DNA from: a virus
Reading direction: 5' to 3' (one strand)
Length of the DNA: 64,000 nucleotides
IMG/VR virus record: IMGVR_UViG_3300021490_000001
Span: 8,198-72,197 of that record
Shown piece after piece: positions 44,921-52,807 of this stretch (position 1 is its first letter; each line of letters opens with the position of its first letter). Below the pieces are notes generated by a model that had not been told where the DNA came from, did not search any database, and was given only the letters and a program-made list of their open reading frames with translations. Made by a program: the position numbers and the translations under genes.

Positions 44921-45229
44921 TTAATTGTTATCTTTAATTGCCTGATCGAGAAGGATCATAGAATCGATAAGCTGCGTGCCCTCTTTAGAAGTCGAATAAT
45001 AGTTGGAGATCTTATGGTTGTAATATCTATTCTTTTTTTCTATCAAACCAAGATCAATCATTTTAGAAACCATGTTATAGGTATTACTGGAATGAAAATG
45101 GAATTTCTTTATTATACTTCCAATAGAATTAGGCTCGATCATTCTGATTTCCTTTAGTAACGTAAATGGCTTAGTTCTAAAGAATGGATTGGTATATGAG
45201 TTCCGGATCTGAATCACCCAAAGCCACAA
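44921..45229 (-). CDS. MarR-like winged-helix protein
   Basis: SSNTYNMVSKMIDLGLIEK...YYSTSKEG; true start uncertain. Confidence 0.55.
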   Translation of the reverse strand: MWLWVIQIRNSYTNPFFRTKPFTLLKEIRMIEPNSIGSIIKKFHFHSSNTYNMVSKMIDLGLIEKKNRYYNHKISNYYSTSKEGTQLIDSMILLDQAIKDNN

Positions 45230-45542
45230 ATGGCTTATTTCGAATATCGCATTTATTCAAAATTGAGGAATACATTAGCGATTGTTTCTTGGCTTTTAAA
45301 TAATTATTATATGTATTTCTGCTTTTAATCTCTCCAACTAAGTAGTAGTCTTCAAGCTCATAGATGATGTCTGGTTCTTTGCGGGAATCGCATCCGTATT
45401 TTTTAAAGGAAATCCTTAATGGAGTTTCAGCGCAAATTCTCATGATTTCACAGCATGAGATTCCTAATGGTTTGAGAAGCTCATCTGTAGGAAATCTATA
45501 TTTACTTACTATTCGATCATGTGTTCTGCTAGTTGACCTCAT
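45177..45542 (-). CDS. PD-(D/E)XK nuclease-family protein
   Basis: EPDIIY...VGEIKS...KAKKQ. Confidence 0.65.
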   Translation of the reverse strand: MRSTSRTHDRIVSKYRFPTDELLKPLGISCCEIMRICAETPLRISFKKYGCDSRKEPDIIYELEDYYLVGEIKSRNTYNNYLKAKKQSLMYSSILNKCDIRNKPFVALGDSDPELIYQSIL

Positions 45543-45763
45543 AAATACTTCACTCGGTTCCTGGTATATATTTGCTTTTCCAGGACATTAAGAGTTTCCA
45601 TCATGTCTCCCAAACATCTATATGCATTAATTGTATTTATAGATTCCATCACTTCACTTGGTGTATTCTCGCTTTCCATATACTCTCTGCAAAAGGCTCT
45701 TTGTATGGGATCGCACTCCAGTCTCAAGCAGAATGGATTTCCACATTTTTTCATTACTTGCAC
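45539..45763 (-). CDS. small Cys-rich protein
   Basis: CGNPFC...C...C; coupled to neighbours. Confidence 0.5.
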   Translation of the reverse strand: MQVMKKCGNPFCLRLECDPIQRAFCREYMESENTPSEVMESINTINAYRCLGDMMETLNVLEKQIYTRNRVKYL

Positions 45764-46239
45764 CTTAGTTTGCTTATGATTTCATCCTGTAGTATATATT
45801 GCTCTACTTTCTTTGTCAAATCGAAGTCCTTTTTGTCCAAATAATTCATGAGCTCTTTTTTATGATATTGATTTTCTGATTCGCGCTCAATCAGTTCAAG
45901 GAATCTCATATATGTCTTATCAAGGACTTCAAGAGCAATAACTGCCATTTCATGCCTCTGAGCTATCAGGCTGTTAGGCATGGTATGATTTTCCTTAATA
46001 TACCTATAGATGTAGTTCGTAATTCCTTCTAATGGTTTTAGAGCTTTTTCAAAAGATACTTGAGAGTCTTGTTCATAGAACAAAGGCAAGCGCCTTAGTC
46101 CAATTTCCACATATGCGCTTGCATCTTCGTTGAGGACTCTTTTGCTAGGAAACATTTTTTCCATTTGATTCTCGTTCATCTGGTCACCCATATATTTTAT
46201 TAGTCTGCTCATCCTCTGCAGTATGAAAATTCTCGTCAA
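45754..46239 (-). CDS. hypothetical protein
   Basis: ORF in a minus-strand run; start probably later than annotated. Confidence 0.55.
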   Translation of the reverse strand: MTRIFILQRMSRLIKYMGDQMNENQMEKMFPSKRVLNEDASAYVEIGLRRLPLFYEQDSQVSFEKALKPLEGITNYIYRYIKENHTMPNSLIAQRHEMAVIALEVLDKTYMRFLELIERESENQYHKKELMNYLDKKDFDLTKKVEQYILQDEIISKLRCK

Positions 46240-46555
46240 TTAATTCGTCATATTCTTCATTTTCAATTAATTCTATTTCTTTTTCTAATAGCTTATAGTC
46301 TTCATTGGTTGTAAAAGAAGGCAAGCCTTTCTCGTTTAGATAAAATGTGTAGTGTTCTTCATTGGCTCGCTTTCCAAATTGATAGCCCCGATAGTTATTA
46401 AGAAACGATTGTCCTACATGTATTGCAGACTCTATATTAAACATATTCTCAAGATTGTCATCACCGAGTTTGCTCAATCGTTGAAATTCGGACTTGGAAT
46501 TCATGGCTAATGCATAGATTCTATCAAGGAAATCTTCTTTGGTTATTTTTTGCAT
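46184..46555 (-). CDS. hypothetical protein
   Basis: TTTATATA box about 25 nt upstream. Confidence 0.6.
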   Translation of the reverse strand: MQKITKEDFLDRIYALAMNSKSEFQRLSKLGDDNLENMFNIESAIHVGQSFLNNYRGYQFGKRANEEHYTFYLNEKGLPSFTTNEDYKLLEKEIELIENEEYDELIDENFHTAEDEQTNKIYG

Positions 46556-46593
46556 ATATAATTAAGGAATTGCTTTCTATATAAATGTGTTCC

Positions 46594-46827
46594 TTATAAC
46601 ACAATAAAATCTTCCGTTATCGACTGTGTCATTATGGGAAGCCCAAACAGGCTCTGCACCGAATGTCGCTTTTCACCTTCTTCAGTTATCCTCATTAAGT
46701 CTCTGCAATGGATGTTGAGTTTCGCAAGGAATTCATGGCTGACTATTATGTGAGTGGGCTGTTCTGCCTTGTATTCCTTAAAGGTCAATAATACTTTCTG
46801 TATCCTTTCAATTGGATCTCCTTTCAT
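46594..46827 (-). CDS. hypothetical protein
   Basis: Coupled ORF; PTHIIVS...LFGLPI. Confidence 0.6.
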   Translation of the reverse strand: MKGDPIERIQKVLLTFKEYKAEQPTHIIVSHEFLAKLNIHCRDLMRITEEGEKRHSVQSLFGLPIMTQSITEDFIVL

Positions 46828-47135
46828 TTAACCACTTTGAATTTCTTCTCAAATTCTTCAGGCGAATAGATGCCTGTTGAAAACGCCAAATTAACTATCC
46901 AATCTTTATCTCTAATTTTATATCCATCTTTTCCATAGGCATCATAGATATAGAATGTATAGTCTTCATCTTTGAATACTTGTATTTTCGTATCGCATAT
47001 CTCTAAAGTGCACTTGACGATGCTCGCTTTGGAGTCCTTCGTTTGTTTGTCTGCAAGCTTTTTAGCCTTCGCCTCATCGAACTGAAATGCAGTTCCATTT
47101 GTTGTTAGTTCTGTAGTTACATTTATCGGTTTCAT
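46824..47135 (-). CDS. hypothetical protein
   Basis: GGAGG RBS; coupled. Confidence 0.6.
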   Translation of the reverse strand: MKPINVTTELTTNGTAFQFDEAKAKKLADKQTKDSKASIVKCTLEICDTKIQVFKDEDYTFYIYDAYGKDGYKIRDKDWIVNLAFSTGIYSPEEFEKKFKVVK

Positions 47136-47320
47136 TTTAATTCCTCCTTTAATGCCTTGAAAGTATCAAGGGCTTCCTCGGATGTTCTTCCTGAGACTTG
47201 AAGTGTCTGGGTTTTTATATCTGACAGTCCTTTGCGTTCTTCCTTGTTAAAATAAATCGTAGGGAGATTTTTGTCTATATATTCAGTCTTGTGAATTACT
47301 TCCTTATTTGGCTCTTTCAT
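47132..47320 (-). CDS. hypothetical protein
   Basis: GGAGG RBS; coupled. Confidence 0.55.
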   Translation of the reverse strand: MKEPNKEVIHKTEYIDKNLPTIYFNKEERKGLSDIKTQTLQVSGRTSEEALDTFKALKEELK

Positions 47321-47519
47321 TAGATCCCTCCAGTATCTGCTTGATTAACTTATGCTGCTCTTTGACTAAGTCGGTTTCGCATAATCGATCGGCTTCGCAT
47401 TTGCAATACAATCCAGCGTATCCCAAAACTGCCAAGTTTCTTTTAGTGTTGCACAGTTTGCATTTATCGTATTCATCCAACAGTTTCCTTGCTCTTCCTA
47501 TCTGGTCTATGGCTTTCAT
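47304..47519 (-). CDS. small Cys-rich protein
   Basis: CKLC...CKC. Confidence 0.5.
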   Translation of the reverse strand: MKAIDQIGRARKLLDEYDKCKLCNTKRNLAVLGYAGLYCKCEADRLCETDLVKEQHKLIKQILEGSNERAK

Positions 47520-47713
47520 GGTATCCCTGTCTCGATTGATTCCTGATTAGTATGGCCTGGGTCGTGTTGGGGATTCATCGTAGATGCACATCACTCCCGG
47601 TTCTGTATCTAAAGGACAAGGTTCACCCCTCTGGTTTAGAGCATCGTCTTTTGCTTTCGCATGGATTCAGGTCATCTGTTTTAGAGTTCTTAATTTTCTA
47701 TATCTATGGTTCC

Positions 47714-48193
47714 TTAGCTCCTCTCAATGCAAATCGCCAAGAGGATTATGAATAATAGTATCGGAATCGCCTGTGAAGCTTGAGATATATCGCCTGCTAG
47801 GTCTATCAGTGTTAGGATACAGATCAGACACACTCCAAGGGTTGACATCCAACTATTCATATTAACCACAATACTAACCACAATCTGCGCATCTGGTCAG
47901 CCAGCATTTTTATGAACAGGACACCACACATTTCTTTATTCATTTAGATTCCTCCCAGCGCTCCCAGCGCATATGCTATCACCATGCAGAGTGTTAAGAG
48001 TAGCATAAGAAGCATCGCCTTGTAAAGTTTAGGTATGTCGCTGATGGCTATGTCTATCAGTGTTAGGATACAGACTAGATACCATCCAATGACTATCAGG
48101 CAATTAATCATATTAACCACAATCTGCGCATCTGGTCAGCCAGTATTTTTTATGAATAGGACACCACACCAGGCCTTTAATCTCTTTCTCCAT
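47714..48193 (-). repeat. tandem duplication (about 240-bp period) of a two-mini-gene unit
   Basis: Shared blocks TCTATCAGTGTTAGGATACAGA and AACCACAATCTGCGCATCTGGTCAGCCAG...AGGACACCACAC at about 47802-47930 and 48053-48170. Confidence 0.8.
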
Positions 48194-48272
48194 AGTTAGA
48201 ATTGGTGAGTTTTCTTTATATATCTATGGACTATCAGAGACTATGTATCTGTTAGGATTTAGTCTAATGCTC

Positions 48273-48362
48273 TCACTTGCATGGTCCTAGTCTTCGTCCG
48301 CCTTTTCTTCTGCTTGGATATCTGCTTCTTTTTCTTGGACCTCTTCCATCTCTGTCTGGCAT
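48273..48362 (-). CDS. 29-aa basic peptide, DUF5320-like
   Basis: MPDRDGRGPRKRSRYPSRRKGGRRLGPCK; GAGGTGA RBS and TATA-like box upstream. Confidence 0.55.
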   Translation of the reverse strand: MPDRDGRGPRKRSRYPSRRKGGRRLGPCK

Positions 48363-48426
48363 AGTGTCACCTCTGCTTATCTTGAATGTTAATTATTGGT
48401 ATAGTTTCTTTATATGTCTGTGTATC

Positions 48427-48540
48427 CTCTCAGAGTCCTTTCCTAAAAATTTGGGTGTGCTCAAGTGAGTTTGTACTCATTGGGTTTGTACTCCTTGGGT
48501 TTGTACTCTCAGAGACCATTCTTGAAATTTTGGTGTGCTC
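48427..48540. repeat. three G(A/G)GTTTGTACTC repeats (15-bp period) between two ~35-bp direct repeats
   Basis: Copies at 48467, 48482 and 48497; flanks CTCTCAGAG...TGTGCTC at 48427 and 48506. Confidence 0.8.
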
Positions 48541-48789
48541 GACGAGTGACATATAGTAATAAGTAGAAAAAAGTTGACTGAATTCTGAGAGATGTATAGT
48601 CTATAGTAAGTACATATCACATTGCGCGCGCATGCATAGCGATCCATTGGTTCATTGGTTCCGTTGTTGTAGTGGGCATTGGCGCATTTAATTAATTCCA
48701 GGCGCTAAGGCGCTTAGTGAATGGGGGGACACCCCCCGTAACCCCCCCGATAAAAGTTGTCCTCAGCAAGTGTCTCGTTCGTGGTTAAG

Positions 48790-49090
48790 AGGTTGGTTCT
48801 CACTTGATGCGTTGGTGAGTGAGAACCAATTTGCATTCATGAATGGGGCGGTGCTGAAAGCAGACCAGAGCCCGGGGCCCCTACCCCAAACTCTGGCAGA
48901 GCGGGCGCTAAAGACGCCCGCATATTTATCATCGGAGAGGGGCACCTTTAATTGAGGTTTGCGGTTGGCAGTTCTATTAAATATAAACCGCAAACCTCAT
49001 TAACCCATTCATTCATGCAAACTGCGCTCCGCTTGCCTCTATCTGGTAATCTCTCTCTCACAAAAAAAATTGGTGAGAGAGAGAGGTAAA
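48790..49090 (+). ncRNA. candidate large multi-stem structured RNA or ssDNA element
   Basis: At least six helices, including 48793-48805/48817-48829, 48830-48847/49004-49021 (long range), 48901-48921 and 48953-48966/48986-48999; strand tentative. Confidence 0.5.
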
Positions 49091-49112
49091 AACCTCTCGG
49101 GAGGTGTTCACC

Positions 49113-49214
49113 ATGAGTTTAAAACAGAAAACATATGAACTGCAGATGAAATTAATTCGTCTGCAAAAGGCGCACGCAATGCGTCACACAGATTATGAGC
49201 TGGAGGTTGATTAA
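49113..49214 (+). CDS. 33-aa peptide
   Basis: GGAGGTG RBS; MSLKQKTYELQMKLIRLQKAHAMRHTDYELEVD. Confidence 0.5.
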   Translation: MSLKQKTYELQMKLIRLQKAHAMRHTDYELEVD

Positions 49215-49815
49215 TATGTTATCTCCACAGCAGAAGCTACAGAACAGGTTGAATTCACTTCTGCCTGATTTGAGGAAAACGACCAGGTTTAGCCCTGAGT
49301 CGATCAGCTTCCTTCGGGTGGCTGTGCAGATGGGTGAACCGTCTGCTGTTCAGCGTGCGCTGGACAGGTTGGAAGCACTGGATGACTTTGTCATGGGTGC
49401 TACTGGTCTGGCGCAAAAGGTGGAGAGTTTTACTTTGTATGACCTCCATCTAGACCGAATCGAAGCTGAAGCAGACTCGATAAGATCTGCTCTTCTTACC
49501 TCTCCTGAGAAGGCTCAGGCAGAGGCTGAGAAGGAAGACAGACTTCAGAAGATGTCTGGGTTGGATTATTCAGACATCTACGGACAAGAACCCTCATGGG
49601 AACCTGTTGGAGCTACATCGAGAGCTCAGGCTTTCCGTCAGGGTAAACTCCAGTCTCGAACAGCTGAGCGGGACAGAGAGTTCACCGAGATGGAGATTAT
49701 GCATGAGCAGAGTCTGTTTGATTCTGCTTATCCGCATGAGACGCTTGCGGATAGAGAAGAGCGTCTCAAAAAGGAAGAAACTCCGACATTGGAGTCATTC
49801 CTAAGTTTCTTGTAG
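49195..49815 (+). CDS. hypothetical acidic helical protein (putative early gene)
   Basis: Visibly more GC-rich than the rest of the window; likely start ATG 49216 after GGAGGT; followed by hairpin plus poly-T. Confidence 0.7.
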   Translation: MSWRLINMLSPQQKLQNRLNSLLPDLRKTTRFSPESISFLRVAVQMGEPSAVQRALDRLEALDDFVMGATGLAQKVESFTLYDLHLDRIEAEADSIRSALLTSPEKAQAEAEKEDRLQKMSGLDYSDIYGQEPSWEPVGATSRAQAFRQGKLQSRTAERDREFTEMEIMHEQSLFDSAYPHETLADREERLKKEETPTLESFLSFL

Positions 49816-49846
49816 GGCTTGTCCCTACTTTCTTTTTTTTTATATT

Positions 49847-49990
49847 TAGGCGCTCTATGCAATTGGTGAGCGCGAATAAAGGCTTTTGGTGTACTGCACA
49901 CGGAGGAGGTTGGTGTCCGCAAGGGCAAATAAAGTTTTCCCCTCCGGGTCGCTAGCGCTAAAACTTTATAAGCCCTTGCTCTTCCGTGTA
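49847..49990 (+). promoter_or_regulatory. structured element A: small hairpin plus long hairpin containing BRE/TATA-like sequence
   Basis: GCAAGGGC-AA-ATAAAGTTTT-loop-AAAACTTTAT-AA-GCCCTTGC; core shared with element B. Confidence 0.7.
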
Positions 49991-50019
49991 GGGTTAAAGA
50001 AAGTCAGGAGGAGGTCTGA

Positions 50020-50310
50020 ATGAATATTAAATTTATACATAATTGGGGCGGAAAGCTGGATGCAAAGAAATTCACAACCATACGGAGAAATCCGTATTGG
50101 TTAGATAAACGTGGAGAGATTCATGTTTATCTAAAGGGAGAATATTATGCTAAAAGAGAACTCGTTGATGTTATTAGAGTTCCTTTTGGCACAATCGACA
50201 GGTCTGTTGTTGAAGCAGATACAGGACTGTCTTATGAAGCTTCTCTTAAGATTTTTGAGAGCTTCAGAATAAAAGAGGATACGATGGTTTGTATTCTCTT
50301 TTTTGAATAA
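50020..50310 (+). CDS. ASCH/PUA-like domain protein
   Basis: IKF...KKFTTIRR...EADTG; GGAGG RBS. Confidence 0.6.
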   Translation: MNIKFIHNWGGKLDAKKFTTIRRNPYWLDKRGEIHVYLKGEYYAKRELVDVIRVPFGTIDRSVVEADTGLSYEASLKIFESFRIKEDTMVCILFFE

Positions 50311-50464
50311 CTTTTCTTTTTTTTTCTCCTGTGGAGGTCACCTTGACTTCCACTGGAAAAAAACGCGCCTGCCTTGGTTATATTGGGGAAGGCAGGCGCT
50401 CTACACTTCCACAGGAAGTGAAGGTGCCAGCCAGTGTGACCTACATTTCCTGTGGAACTTGAGT

Positions 50465-50612
50465 TAGGCGCTCTATGCAATGGGTAAGCGCTTAACCTAC
50501 CAACCATACATACCTTACCTACCCATCGGAGATACACGTTGGTGAGCGGGATGAGGCATATAAAGTTTTCCCCTCCGGGTCGCTTCGCTAAAACTTTATT
50601 AGCCCCACCCGC
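50465..50612 (+). promoter_or_regulatory. structured element B, homologous to element A
   Basis: TAGGCGCTCTATGCAAT hairpin; ATAAAGTTTTCCCCTCCGGGTCGCTTCGCTAAAACTTTAT core with a different but still pairing outer stem. Confidence 0.7.
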
Positions 50613-50688
50613 CAGGGAGAGCACATAACATTTAAGAATTAAATGTGTATGGTGTTTACTCACCCTCTGCACATTTAGATAAAGGAGG

Positions 50689-50910
50689 ATGAGTGATATG
50701 AGTGATATATTAGAAAATCTTCAGCACAATAACTATGGTTATTGTGATTGTGGATTGAGATTAACGCTTCTCGTAAGAGAGGCGGGTGTGTCTTCCACAT
50801 ACCCACAGGAGGGCTGGAAAGTGTACGATCATAAGGTGATGTGTTCTTCCTGTGATGTAGAAGAAATTAGGCACCTTGAAGAAGAAGGGTGGTATGTGGT
50901 AGGCTGGTAA
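50689..50910 (+). CDS. small zinc-binding protein
   Basis: CDCG...CSSC; GGAGG RBS. Confidence 0.6.
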   Translation: MSDMSDILENLQHNNYGYCDCGLRLTLLVREAGVSSTYPQEGWKVYDHKVMCSSCDVEEIRHLEEEGWYVVGW

Positions 50911-50920
50911 ATTTCCGTAG

Positions 50921-51280
50921 GTGAAAAAAATGAAAACAAAAACATTAGATGTTAAGAGTATAACGGTTAGCTATTTCCCTGTGGAGGAAATAACTGACAT
51001 GCTAGAAAAGGTGAAAAAGGAAGTTTCACCTTTTTTGAAGGAACTTCCACGTTTTATTAATCAAGTGGAAGTTCAGATAAAAGGAACGAGCCCACAGATG
51101 GAAGCGTGGGCGAATGTTTCGATTAAACTGTATATATTCGATACGTCTAGAAATGAATATATCTCCGAGAAAAGCATAAACTGTAGATGGAGCTATAAAC
51201 GGAAGATATCTAGAGATCTCTTCCTGAATGATATAGACTCCTTTGAAGGAGTCGAGTCATATTGTAAGAAGTTAGCTTAA
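50921..51280 (+). CDS. hypothetical protein
   Basis: GGTGA RBS before ATG 50930. Confidence 0.65.
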   Translation: MKKMKTKTLDVKSITVSYFPVEEITDMLEKVKKEVSPFLKELPRFINQVEVQIKGTSPQMEAWANVSIKLYIFDTSRNEYISEKSINCRWSYKRKISRDLFLNDIDSFEGVESYCKKLA

Positions 51281-51299
51281 TCGATTAAGCAGTAACTCT

Positions 51300-51478
51300 A
51301 TTAGTATATAAGATAGTATATAGTATATAGTATGTATATGTTATGTATATGTTATGTATATGTTATGTATATGTTATGTATACAGTATATATAGTATATA
51401 TATAGTATGTATATATATAGTATGTATATATATAGTATGTATATATATAGTATGTATATATATAGTATGTATATAGTA
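51300..51478. repeat. AT-rich tandem repeat tract (TATGTATATGT x4-5; AGTATGTATATATAT x4-5)
   Basis: Read directly; almost no C on the plus strand. Confidence 0.9.
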
Positions 51479-51616
51479 CCTACCTTATAGAGTATGTCAT
51501 ACATATAGGTAGAGTAGAGTAATGTTGAGGTGGGGGGTAACCCCCCACATTCTTGCGCTTATTGATGTACTCAGTAAATCGATAAGCATATAAAGATAAT
51601 AGTACACTTTTCTTGT

Positions 51617-51889
51617 ATGAATTCCAGAAAGACGCTTCAAATTGATGAAGACCTAAAAATGCGCTTTGATAAAATCAGAGGCAGTAGCGCCAACAGCAAA
51701 ATGGCACTATTGCTGGATGTATACACTAAAAAGATAGCAGAAGAAGACAATGTATACAGATTAATCAATGCGCACATGATAGACTTAAAAGGACAGCTCA
51801 ATTCATATCACAAAGATATTAAATCCTTAAGTGAGAGGATATACCAACTAGAACAAAACATTAGAGGTAAAATAGAAATGTTAAGATAG
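51617..51889 (+). CDS. ribbon-helix-helix-like regulator with coiled coil (paralogue 1)
   Basis: KTLQIDEDLKMRFDKIRG.S.N.KM..LL. Confidence 0.65.
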   Translation: MNSRKTLQIDEDLKMRFDKIRGSSANSKMALLLDVYTKKIAEEDNVYRLINAHMIDLKGQLNSYHKDIKSLSERIYQLEQNIRGKIEMLR

Positions 51890-51965
51890 CTATAAACCCT
51901 TGCGCTTATGCAAGTAGTAATACCAAATCGATAGCTATATAAAGAATTAGTATTAAAATATAGAC

Positions 51966-52253
51966 ATGGTTATTCAAAAACACATAGTAGTCTCTGAAAC
52001 GATCTGGAATTCATTTCAGAAAATCAGAGGCAAGAGCCACAATGACAAAATGCTCAATTTGCTAAATAGTACTACCAAAACAGTAGCAAAGGAAGAGATT
52101 ATTACTAAATTATTAACTGATCATATGGAAGACATTAAAACAATCCTTGAAAGGCAAAATAATATCATAGAATCTCAAGCTAGAGACATACAGAATTTTC
52201 TCGATAAAGCTGGATCTTTAATGAGCTATATCGAGAATCATACTGGATATTAG
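51966..52253 (+). CDS. ribbon-helix-helix-like regulator with coiled coil (paralogue 2)
   Basis: KHIVVSETIWNSFQKIRGKSHNDKMLNLL; upstream region duplicated from paralogue 1. Confidence 0.65.
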   Translation: MVIQKHIVVSETIWNSFQKIRGKSHNDKMLNLLNSTTKTVAKEEIITKLLTDHMEDIKTILERQNNIIESQARDIQNFLDKAGSLMSYIENHTGY

Positions 52254-52445
52254 ATACATTATGCTCTCAGACCTCCTGAGAGGCTTGTAGTTAAACGATC
52301 AGGTTTCTAGGTATAAATACCTACCTTCCCCCCTGATCGTTCCTCTATGAGCTCCTATGGAGGTTATAGGTATATCCTCTACTCAATATACCTCTAGAGG
52401 ATATTTGATTTTTGGTAACACATACTGTTGTTTTCTATGGGTACT

Positions 52446-52625
52446 ACACTACGAAACGGAAGCAGTAGGACTTGTGTAGATATAATTAACTTATTTACAT
52501 TATGAAACGTAAGTAGGACTTGTAAATAGTGTAATTACCTTATCACATTACGAAACGTAGTAGGGCCTATGAATAATGTAACTAACAATTATTACAAAAT
52601 GTAAAGTAATGGGATTTATAACTTT
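52446..52625. repeat. degenerate tandem repeat, 44-51-bp period, x4
   Basis: ACAYTAYGAAACG...AGTAGG...TAAYTA at 52446, 52497, 52545 and a weaker copy at about 52588. Confidence 0.7.
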
Positions 52626-52807
52626 GCCAAATCGATAGTGGTTGGTTCAGTTGGGTAACTGGAGATCAAATGAAACAAAAAGAATATCAAGGAGAGGAAA
52701 ATCTGTTTCGATTTCTAGCTGAGATGACTTTCCTTGATGTGAATAAACTTAGAAGATATTACCGTGAATGGAACAATGTTAGTAACAATTTCAAGGAAAG
52801 TGATTAA

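Noticed and set aside
48467-48508. Possible CRISPR repeat beginning GTTTGTA
   Set aside because: 12-bp units separated by only 3 bp
50322-50460. Archaeal ORB origin boxes (TTCCACTGGAA-like)
   Set aside because: Only one copy matches the ORB core well, there is no adjacent G-string or orc1 gene, and the motifs are explained as hairpin arms; not fully excluded
50232-50672. 146-aa minus-strand ORF, and the small ORFs at 48763-48993
   Set aside because: They lie over GC-rich hairpin regions with few stops and lack protein-like features
52446-52625. Possible mini-CRISPR array
   Set aside because: Repeats are degenerate and the intervening sequences are similar to each other, so there are no unique spacers; no cas genes
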